A DNA stretch of 64,000 nucleotides. It comes from Christensenellales bacterium (GTDB lineage: Bacteria > Bacillota > Clostridia > Christensenellales > UMGS416). Under the pieces are notes generated by a model that was given only the letters and a program-made list of their open reading frames with translations, made no database searches and was not told the origin of the DNA. The stretch spans positions 1,723,813-1,787,812 of the forward strand of contig JBMNEH010000001.1 of NCBI GenBank assembly GCA_050948665.1, written 5' to 3'. Positions 9,756 to 17,306 of the stretch are shown here, piece by piece (position 1 is the stretch's first letter; each line of letters begins with the position of its first letter). The translations under genes and the position numbers were made by a program.

Positions 9756-10639
9756 GCTTCATTATCTTCACTTTCATCGAATAGTAACTGCATTGTGCTG
9801 TCATAAACCTCTTTTACGGCAGCTCCGGAAGGACAATCGATATCTACTATAGTCTGTCCGTTATTGATCGCTTTGACAGCCTCCGGGTCAAACGGTATCC
9901 TGCCAGTAAACGGCAGTCTTTTTTCTTTACAAAATTCCTCTATTTTTTTTGTATTAGCGGCATTGATGTCATGCTTATTGATACAGATTCCTATCTTGAT
10001 TTTGAAAGTTTCCGCTGTTTTTATGATGCGCTCCATATCGCTGATCCCCGAAACAGACGGCTCCGCAACAACCAGGACCATATCTACTCCGCTGAGGGAA
10101 GCGATAACGGGACAGCCTATACCGGGAGAGCCATCAATAATGGCCAGTTTAGCATCCGGACTCGCCATCGTTTTCATTTGTTTTTTTACTTCTGTAACGA
10201 GTTTTCCCGAAGTACCGCTTCCCATTTTCAACTGTGCTGTTGAAAAAATGTTGTCTCCGTCAGCATACAGCATCAGCTCTCCTGCAACGGCGGGTTTCAG
10301 GCAAGCCGCATTTGCCGGGCAGAAAGCTTCACAAACCCCGCAGCCTTCACAGGCATAAGGATCGACCATATAGCCATTCGTATTGGAAATAGCGTCGAAT
10401 CGGCAATACTTTTTGCATAATCCGCATTCAATGCATTTATTTGCGTCTATTTCAGATTTTGGCATGCCGAAATAGTCTGTCCATCTCGGATCGATATTTT
10501 GCGCCATGATCAGGTGAAGGTTAGGTGCGTCAACATCGCAATCGGCATAGGTTTTGGCACATGAAAGCTTGATAAAAGCGCTGGCTATCGTCGTTTTCCC
10601 GGTACCGCCCTTACCGCTGAGGATCAACAGTTGTTTCAT
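9752..10639 (-). CDS. MinD/CbiA-type P-loop ATPase with 2x[4Fe-4S] ferredoxin insert
   Basis: Walker A SGKGGTGKTT, then CIECGLCKKYC and CEGCGVCEAFCP. GGAGG SD. Confidence 0.85.
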   Translation of the reverse strand: MKQLLILSGKGGTGKTTIASAFIKLSCAKTYADCDVDAPNLHLIMAQNIDPRWTDYFGMPKSEIDANKCIECGLCKKYCRFDAISNTNGYMVDPYACEGCGVCEAFCPANAACLKPAVAGELMLYADGDNIFSTAQLKMGSGTSGKLVTEVKKQMKTMASPDAKLAIIDGSPGIGCPVIASLSGVDMVLVVAEPSVSGISDMERIIKTAETFKIKIGICINKHDINAANTKKIEEFCKEKRLPFTGRIPFDPEAVKAINNGQTIVDIDCPSGAAVKEVYDSTMQLLFDESEDNEA

Positions 10640-11498
10640 GCCGCACCTCCTTCATCACAGTCTTAAGCAACGAAGCAAATAATACGCGAAACCTGTCGTT
10701 TTCCCTTGCGGCTATTTTTGCGTCCGAATTAAGGCTTCCGAGTTCACTGTCAAACGGTATCCGGGCCAATATTGGAACATTGTTCTCCATACAAAATGCA
10801 TCCAAAGGGTTCTCTGCGTCAAGACACTTGTTCAGCACGACTCCGTGCGGCTTTTCAAACAGCCTTACCAAATCGTAGACCATGTTGAAATTATGAATGC
10901 CAAACACCGTCGGCTCAGCAACAAGTATGCAATAATCCGCGTCCTTGATACTTTCCATGACACTGCAGGCGCTTCCCGGTGGGCAGTCGATAAAAACGGG
11001 AAGCGCTTCATCTGCAATGCTCTCGTTAAGAAGATTTTTGATGATCGGTATTCCGATCGCTATGCCCGGATCCATGATCCCGGTATGAACGCTTACATTA
11101 CCGGAAACACCTCTCCGTACTACCCCGATTGACTTTTCTTCTTCACCGATTGCTTTCTCCGGGCAGAGAAGCATGCAACCGCCACAGGAGTGGCACACCT
11201 CCTCAAAAACATATGGTTTTTTCTTTATGAATGCAAGGGCATTAAACTTACAAAAGTCAATACATTTGCGGCAACCATTGCATAAGCTTTCGTTGAAGAC
11301 CGGTATTTTTACAGAAATGATCTCCTCGCGAACATTCTCGGGCTTAAAAAACAAATGACCATTGGGCTCTTCAACATCGCAATCAATATAGACGGATCTC
11401 TCGGCGATCGATGCTAAATTAACAGATACCAGCGTTTTGCCTGTACCGCCTTTGCCGCTCAGTATGGCGATTTGCACACCTTTATTTTCCACGCCCAT
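10611..11498 (-). CDS. MinD/CbiA-type P-loop ATPase with 2x[4Fe-4S] ferredoxin insert (paralog)
   Basis: Walker A SGKGGTGKT, then CNGCRKCIDFC and CHSCGGCMLLCP. The start is uncertain: ATG 11498 is chosen, the ORF-track TTG at 11531 or GTG at 11477 are alternatives. Confidence 0.78.
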   Translation of the reverse strand: MGVENKGVQIAILSGKGGTGKTLVSVNLASIAERSVYIDCDVEEPNGHLFFKPENVREEIISVKIPVFNESLCNGCRKCIDFCKFNALAFIKKKPYVFEEVCHSCGGCMLLCPEKAIGEEEKSIGVVRRGVSGNVSVHTGIMDPGIAIGIPIIKNLLNESIADEALPVFIDCPPGSACSVMESIKDADYCILVAEPTVFGIHNFNMVYDLVRLFEKPHGVVLNKCLDAENPLDAFCMENNVPILARIPFDSELGSLNSDAKIAARENDRFRVLFASLLKTVMKEVRHETTVDPQR

Positions 11499-11847
11499 GA
11501 AATCCCGGGTGAAAGTCTTTAAGCAAATCAAGCTTTTCAGCTAAAAATGCGTCAATGTTTTGCTGTACAGTTCCGGGAATAGATTTATAGATCAGTACCT
11601 CCGACCTGCGTAATACATCTTCCGCGTTTTTACCGCAGCGCGGTGTAAGCAGTGCCTTAACATCATGGTCGGCTAATACCTGCGCGGCCATGATCCCGGC
11701 TCCGCCCTGGTTGGCTGCAGCGGTGTTCTCAAGATAATTGCTTTCCTTTGTATCTGTATTATAGAGAAGGAAATAAGGGGCTCGTCCAAAAGAGGAACAC
11801 ACACCTGATCCCAAGTTTATCTCATCTACCGGTATTGCTATTTTCAT
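11482..11847 (-). CDS. NifB/NifX-family (FeMo-cofactor-binding-like) small protein
   Basis: 121 aa with SFGRAPYFLLYNTDT...GGAGIMAAQ. GGAGG SD. Confidence 0.8.
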   Translation of the reverse strand: MKIAIPVDEINLGSGVCSSFGRAPYFLLYNTDTKESNYLENTAAANQGGAGIMAAQVLADHDVKALLTPRCGKNAEDVLRRSEVLIYKSIPGTVQQNIDAFLAEKLDLLKDFHPGFHGRGK

Positions 11848-11895
11848 TTTGATCCTCCATTCTGATTGTTTTCAAATTCTCCCGGTTTCGGGTTC

Positions 11896-12255
11896 TTACG
11901 TAAAACCTCTGCCGCCTCTATGACGACGGCAGGCGCCCCTTCCGCATCCATTCTCTCTGCCGTTGCAGAGCAGATAATCGCCTCCTTCTATACAAAGCAC
12001 TTTCCCATTGACCAAGGACTCGGCAAGCTTTCTCCTGGCCATATCATACATTCCCTGAACGGTTGTGCGGGAAACGTTCATTTGATTGGCGCACTCTTCC
12101 TGCGTAAATCGATCTAAATCAATGAGTCTTATCGTTTCATACTCATCGACAGTCATATTTACCGTGTTTGCTGCATCTGCAAAGGAGTCAAGAGGTCCGA
12201 AACGATTACTGTCCGGAAGGTAGCAAACTCTTCTCCGTTTTCGGGGTCTTGGCAT
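11896..12255 (-). CDS. DUF134 (UPF0251) predicted DNA-binding protein with C-terminal 4-Cys tail
   Basis: MPRPRKRRRV...TVDEYETIRLIDLDRFTQEECANQMNVSRTTV (HTH-like), then VLCIEGGDYLLCNGRENGCGRGAC. GGGAGG SD. Confidence 0.85.
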   Translation of the reverse strand: MPRPRKRRRVCYLPDSNRFGPLDSFADAANTVNMTVDEYETIRLIDLDRFTQEECANQMNVSRTTVQGMYDMARRKLAESLVNGKVLCIEGGDYLLCNGRENGCGRGACRRHRGGRGFT

Positions 12256-12317
12256 TAAATCTCACCTCCCATAACAGCAGAAGTAACCGGAGCTCCTCTC
12301 GGTTACTTCTGCTGCTT

Positions 12318-12617
12318 TCACAGATTTTCCAGCTGTTTGTCAATGACATCCAATCGATTTTTCAGCACATCCCTCTGCTCTTGGAGCAGCTCTTTTTCTG
12401 TTTTGGAGGAGTCCTGATTTGTGGCAAACTCCCTTCCCAAACCACGTCCGTAGCCACGTCCGTAACCGCGTCCGAAGCCACGCCTGCAGCCACCCAAACC
12501 TAACCCCAGTCCAAGACCGGCACCGGTTTTTACTGCGTCAGCATCTGTGCATGAACCTAATCCTCTTCCCGTCATTGCTCCTGCGCCCATTGGGCCGGTT
12601 CCATCCCTTCTCGGCAT
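12318..12617 (-). CDS. DUF5320-like protein (RG/GY-rich segment plus coiled coil)
   Basis: MPRRDGTGPMGAGAMTGRGLG..., then GFGRGYGRGYGRG, then KELLQEQRDVLKNRLDVIDKQLENL. ATG 12617 has AAGGAGG 8 nt upstream; the upstream ATG of the track ORF has no SD. Confidence 0.75.
   Translation of the reverse strand: MPRRDGTGPMGAGAMTGRGLGSCTDADAVKTGAGLGLGLGLGGCRRGFGRGYGRGYGRGLGREFATNQDSSKTEKELLQEQRDVLKNRLDVIDKQLENL
12442..12489 (-). repeat. Four tandem 12-nt coding repeats (RG/GY motif)
   Basis: Plus strand reads CCACGTCCGTAG CCACGTCCGTAA CCGCGTCCGAAG CCACGCCTGCAG. The minus strand encodes CRRGFGRGYGRGYGRG. Confidence 0.85.
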
Positions 12618-12631
12618 ATCATTCACCTCCT

Positions 12632-12692
12632 TATCATTTCCGGCATATGCCGCTTTCAACTACTATTATACATCGTTTCCGGCATATGTCAA
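12632..12692 (-). promoter_or_regulatory. Near-consensus sigma-A-type promoter plus repeated operator-like element for the DUF5320/DUF134 operon
   Basis: On the minus strand: TTGACA (12692-12687), a 16-nt spacer, then TATAAT (12670-12665). An 18-nt direct repeat CATATGCCGGAAAyGATr lies at 12688-12671 and 12649-12632. CGGCATATGCCG (12641-12652) is a 12-bp palindrome. Confidence 0.6.
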
Positions 12693-13039
12693 CAACTATT
12701 TTTAAATTTTTTGATTTTTTTCAAAATGAGACAGTTGTTCTGTCTTCAACATATAAATCCGAGCCCGCGAGGAATTTGTAAATAAAGCAAATCACAATTC
12801 ATGATGATAGACATGTCGATGATTGGAAAATAACCATATCATATGGTTCAGCCTCTCGCCGATATAAATGGTTAAACACTTTAAACAAATCATATAAAAC
12901 AAAGAAGTTATGGTACAACGCCATAAAGGTCTGGATTTTAATTGCAGCGGCCTTCTTTTCTGAAACAATTCTTTTCCTTTCGATTTTCGAAAGAATGTGA
13001 TATTATTCTCAATGGTTAAGGATCCATAAGGAGTAGACA

Positions 13040-13852
13040 ATGGAGTTAAACAGTTGGGGGCTTGCGCTGACATTATCGTTGCTTGCCGGACTTTCTACGG
13101 GACTGGGCGGATTATTCGTTCTTTTTTTAAAAAATGTGAATACAAAGCTATTGTCGATCTCCCTTGGATTTTCAGCAGGAATAATGATATATATCTCCTT
13201 TATGGAAATCCTTCCGGAAGCAAAATTGCAGCTTGTATCAGAGTTGAGTGAAAGTGCCGGCGGATGGATCACATTGGCGTCATTCCTGGCAGGCATTCTA
13301 TTGATCGCAGTAATTGATAAACTGATCCCCTCTCATGAAAATCCCCATGAGATCCGCCAAATCCATGAAGTTTGCCAATACAGTGACAGTACAACAAAGC
13401 CTCATCTTATGAGGACAGGTCTTTTAACCGCGGTTGCAATAACTATCCATAATTTCCCAGAAGGCATGGCAACGTTTATATCAGGGATCAGCCACTATAA
13501 GCTGGGAATAGCAGTCGCAATTGCCGTTGCCATTCACAATATCCCGGAAGGGATTTCCGTTGCCATACCTATTTATTGCGCAACAGGAAACCGGCGGAAA
13601 GCTTTTTTCTTTTCACTGCTATCAGGAATAACCGAACCGCTGGGCGCGGTTATAGCCTTCTTATTCCTTGCCCCTTTTTTAAGCGAATTGCTGTTGGGTA
13701 TGCTTTTTGCGGCGGTCGCCGGGATAATGGTCTATATTTCCTTTGACGAACTCTTGCCGACAGCACAGCAATGCGGTGAACATCATTTGGTCATCTATGG
13801 ATTATTCGCTGGGATGCTTGTTATGGGAGTCAGCATGCAGCTCCTTCTGTGA
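13040..13852 (+). CDS. zupT: ZIP-family zinc transporter ZupT
   Basis: 270-aa multi-pass protein with two HNFPEG/HNIPEG motifs typical of ZupT. AAGGAG SD. Confidence 0.88.
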   Translation: MELNSWGLALTLSLLAGLSTGLGGLFVLFLKNVNTKLLSISLGFSAGIMIYISFMEILPEAKLQLVSELSESAGGWITLASFLAGILLIAVIDKLIPSHENPHEIRQIHEVCQYSDSTTKPHLMRTGLLTAVAITIHNFPEGMATFISGISHYKLGIAVAIAVAIHNIPEGISVAIPIYCATGNRRKAFFFSLLSGITEPLGAVIAFLFLAPFLSELLLGMLFAAVAGIMVYISFDELLPTAQQCGEHHLVIYGLFAGMLVMGVSMQLLL

Positions 13853-13890
13853 AAATTCTTTACAGCATCAATACTATTTCGAAAGTTACT

Positions 13891-13921
13891 CGCCGGCAAA
13901 ACCTGTTCGCCGGCGTTTTTC
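13891..13921 (+). terminator. Rho-independent terminator of zupT
   Basis: CGCCGGC (13891-13897) pairs with GCCGGCG (13909-13915), then TTTTT. Confidence 0.6.
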
Positions 13922-14150
13922 GTCTCATTTATTTGCACACTTCTGCAAAGAGGAGACATCGTGGCAATTTATTGATAAATGCAAATTTGGGGAATTAAAC
14001 AGAAAGATCAGTCCGTATTTACCAAGACAATCACTCACTTCGTCTATACTGCTAACAATGTCTCAGTCAATCATAGAATTTCAACCCTGACAACTGTTTT
14101 CAAGCACATATGTAACCTATATAAAATTCTTTGATTCCAAAAAACAGTTT

Positions 14151-17100
14151 TTATCCCACTACCAATTTATTTGTCTTTTTAAGAAACTTCGCCGGGATTG
14201 GGCGATCCAGGTGCCAAATAATATTCATCGGCTTAGAACCTGTGTGTGCCACATAACTGGCCGTGCCGAGATAGGTGTAAGCCTCCGCACTATTTGTGAT
14301 TCTATCTGTTTTGAATTCGCGGACAAACAACAAAACCTTTATACCCCTATCCCTATGATAAATATAGCGCTGACCAGTGGGAGAATCCGCAGCAGTAGTA
14401 CTCTGACTCTGCCAATGGAACAGGCTTTCATTTATAGAATAATCGTTGTACATTGTCGTAGGCGAGTAATCTTTATCGGATTTATTCAGTGTTACAAAGA
14501 ACACATCCAACTGCTTTTCAGGCAACCACTTGACCCCCTCGCGTACCGTGTTAGGTTTCATGAAATCCATAGCCACCAGCAATTGATCACGTGTATAGGT
14601 ACAATGCAAATCCAACGGACAATCAAATCCTAAATCAACAGGCTCATCGATAAAATCGATTTGTTCGTACCGATATTGTAGCAGATTCATTAGCTCATCT
14701 ATCAGTGTAGTGCTATCAGACAGAGCCGAAAGGTTGCCCAGCACCTTTTCATCGTCCCAAGACTCTGCGCTTTCGCCCCAAACAGTGATGTAAAACATTT
14801 GAAGCATGCGCCTCTCCGCATCGCTAAAAGCCGCAAAATCCGCATTATCTAAACGAGGCAGGATATCTAGCAAGAAAGATATCCAGCGCCTGGAATCAAT
14901 CACGGCAAGGCGCGCAAAAGCCTTAGTAAGTATTTCCTCCGCAGGCTCCTCGAACTCTTCAATCATATCCGCTCTGGCGCAGAGACGTGAGAAGGATGTG
15001 AACTTGTAAATTGCTCTTGGATCTAAATGATAGTAATACAAAAAGTTCTTCAAGTTCAGTTCTAACCCGCTGTCCTCTCTAAAAGTGGCAACACGAGAAA
15101 CCAAGCCTGCTGTATTTCCATAGGAAGCCCGGATGTTATCAAGGATATATTTAGCTGCCTTCTTTTCCAGTTGAATGTAGCAGCCTTTTGGTACAGAGAT
15201 AAAGCCATCCTTGATTTCGTGCGTCACGCTTCGAGTGGTATTGCTCAACAGTGCTGCGAACTTATCCTCAAAACTATATTTTTTATTTGCCTGACCGATA
15301 AAATCCAGAACGGTCAAACATTCTTTATCTTCAGCCAAACGTAATCCACGACCCAATTGTTGCAAAAATACAGTCAGAGATTCTGTGGGTCGCAAGAAAA
15401 GAACAGTATTAACTTCGGGTATGTCCACACCTTCGTTATAGATATCTACAACAAAAATAAAGCGAATTTCTCCGGACACCAAGCGCTGCTTAGCATTTTT
15501 TCTTTCCTCATCTGGGGAAGCTCCTATCAGAAACATGGAAGGAATATTATGCTCATTGAAATAACGACACATAAATGCAGCATGCTCAGTAGAAACACAG
15601 AAGCCAAGACCTTTGACATCATTGATATCCGTCACGTATTTCAACAGAGAATCTATAACCAAATCGGCACGACGATTGGCAGTTGCGCCGCTGAGGGTAT
15701 AAACTTTAGTCAACTCACCTTTATCATAACCGCCAGCGCTCCACTTTAACATGTTCAGGTCGACCGTATCGGTAACACCAAAGTACTGGAAAGGACTCAA
15801 CAGTTTACGATCTATGGCTTCAGGAAGACGAATTTCAGCCGCAATACGATTATCGAAATACGGCAAAATACTCTTCCCGTCCATACGCTCAGGAGTTGCG
15901 GTCAGCCCAAGGAGAATCTGCGGCCGATAGTACTCTAAGAGTTTCTGATATGAGGGTGCCGCTGCATGGTGAAACTCGTCTACAATGATATAGTCATAGA
16001 AATCATCTGCAGTCTTCATGGTAAAATCCCGGGAGTTAAATGTCTGAATGGATATGAATAAATTTTCAATGTCATTTGGCTTGTGACTGCCAACAAACAG
16101 CTCTCCAAAGTTGGCATCCTTAAGAACAGCACGAAAAGTGTACAAACTCTGTTTCAAAATCTCCTCACGATGAGCTATGTACAGCAAGCGACAAGGTTTT
16201 CCGGAATTCTGCTTACGAAAGTGCTTATAATCCAACGCAGAGACAACTGTTTTCCCGGTACCAGTGGCCGCCACCACCAAGTTGTGATTATGGCCTCGTA
16301 CTTTGCGTTCTGCCTCCAGCTTATCTAAAATTTCCTGCTGATATGGGTACGGCATAATGTCCATAGTGTAGATATCAGGGCTACTTCCATCCGCATGCTT
16401 TTCAGCCTTTAACGCGCGAGCTAGACGTTCTTTTTGATCCTCAGAATAATACTCAAATTCATTAGAATTCCAGTAGCTTTCAAAGGTTGCTTCGATTTTA
16501 TCGATAGTCTCCGGAAGGTCCTTCTTTGTAACCTTGACATTCCATTCCAATCCGCTTGAAATAGCGGTGTTGGAAAGATTGGAAGAACCAACATAAGCGG
16601 TAGTAAAACCGGTATTACGATAGAACACATAGGTCTTTGCGTGGAGTCGCGTGCGCTTCGTATCATAACTCACCTTAATTTTAGTGTTCAGTAATTGACG
16701 CAGTTCTTCAATAGCCCTCACATCGGTAGCGCCCATATAGGAAGTGGTGATAATCCGTAGCTCGCCGCCATTCATGGTAAACTCTCGTAACTCGTCCATC
16801 AAAAGACGCAGACCACTCCACTTAATAAAGGAAACCAGCATATCAACGCGATCCGCAGATACGATTTCCTTCTTCAATTCGGTGTACATTTGGGGTTCAT
16901 GTCTTGCACCAGTGAATAAAGAGCTTTGTGCGATAGATGTTTCAGGGCGGTTCAAATCAGCCGCCGTCTTACCAACTATCAGACGAGGATCATTTTCTCT
17001 CAGAAGAGCAAGAAGCTGCTCTGCGCGCTGGTCAACGCCCAGCGCGGCAAAGTCTGTTTCCTTTGTAATGCTTTGAATTAATTCTATTATTTGATTGGTG

Positions 17101-17306
17101 AGCATGATTTGATCAGAGATATCCCCACCATTGTCAATCATGTTATCCAGGCCCTTTTGAACCACATCAACCAAATACTGCGTCAGGATTTTAGAGGCTT
17201 CCGCCTTATCAATGGGCGCAACTGCCTTACGGGCTTCCGGAATCTCCGCAAGATCGCTGTTCAGCAGATTATTGATAACTTGTTCGTAAAGACCGTATTC
17301 TAACAT
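14151..17306 (-). CDS. HKD (PLD-family) nuclease - SF2 (ResIII/DEAH) helicase - DUF3427-like C-terminal domain protein
   Basis: Single HKD motif LHAKTYVF...GSSNLS (aa 221-245). Walker A ATGTGKT (346-352), DEFHH (443-447), LTATPER (468-474), QQLGRGLR (649-656). C-terminal about 150 aa with FVTLNK...FHWQSQ...LLFVRE...YLG...PMNIIWHL. Confidence 0.85.
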   Translation of the reverse strand: MLEYGLYEQVINNLLNSDLAEIPEARKAVAPIDKAEASKILTQYLVDVVQKGLDNMIDNGGDISDQIMLTNQIIELIQSITKETDFAALGVDQRAEQLLALLRENDPRLIVGKTAADLNRPETSIAQSSLFTGARHEPQMYTELKKEIVSADRVDMLVSFIKWSGLRLLMDELREFTMNGGELRIITTSYMGATDVRAIEELRQLLNTKIKVSYDTKRTRLHAKTYVFYRNTGFTTAYVGSSNLSNTAISSGLEWNVKVTKKDLPETIDKIEATFESYWNSNEFEYYSEDQKERLARALKAEKHADGSSPDIYTMDIMPYPYQQEILDKLEAERKVRGHNHNLVVAATGTGKTVVSALDYKHFRKQNSGKPCRLLYIAHREEILKQSLYTFRAVLKDANFGELFVGSHKPNDIENLFISIQTFNSRDFTMKTADDFYDYIIVDEFHHAAAPSYQKLLEYYRPQILLGLTATPERMDGKSILPYFDNRIAAEIRLPEAIDRKLLSPFQYFGVTDTVDLNMLKWSAGGYDKGELTKVYTLSGATANRRADLVIDSLLKYVTDINDVKGLGFCVSTEHAAFMCRYFNEHNIPSMFLIGASPDEERKNAKQRLVSGEIRFIFVVDIYNEGVDIPEVNTVLFLRPTESLTVFLQQLGRGLRLAEDKECLTVLDFIGQANKKYSFEDKFAALLSNTTRSVTHEIKDGFISVPKGCYIQLEKKAAKYILDNIRASYGNTAGLVSRVATFREDSGLELNLKNFLYYYHLDPRAIYKFTSFSRLCARADMIEEFEEPAEEILTKAFARLAVIDSRRWISFLLDILPRLDNADFAAFSDAERRMLQMFYITVWGESAESWDDEKVLGNLSALSDSTTLIDELMNLLQYRYEQIDFIDEPVDLGFDCPLDLHCTYTRDQLLVAMDFMKPNTVREGVKWLPEKQLDVFFVTLNKSDKDYSPTTMYNDYSINESLFHWQSQSTTAADSPTGQRYIYHRDRGIKVLLFVREFKTDRITNSAEAYTYLGTASYVAHTGSKPMNIIWHLDRPIPAKFLKKTNKLVVG

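Noticed and set aside
8069-11847. Nitrogen-fixation (nif) cluster, suggested by the two NifX/NifB-like genes
   Set aside because: No nifH, nifD, nifK, nifE, nifN or radical-SAM NifB domain is in the window. The small proteins carry only the cofactor-binding-like fold, which is widespread in non-diazotrophs.
12442-12489. CRISPR-like or minisatellite array
   Set aside because: The units are only 12 nt, contiguous without spacers, in frame, and inside a coding sequence. This is a coding tandem repeat.
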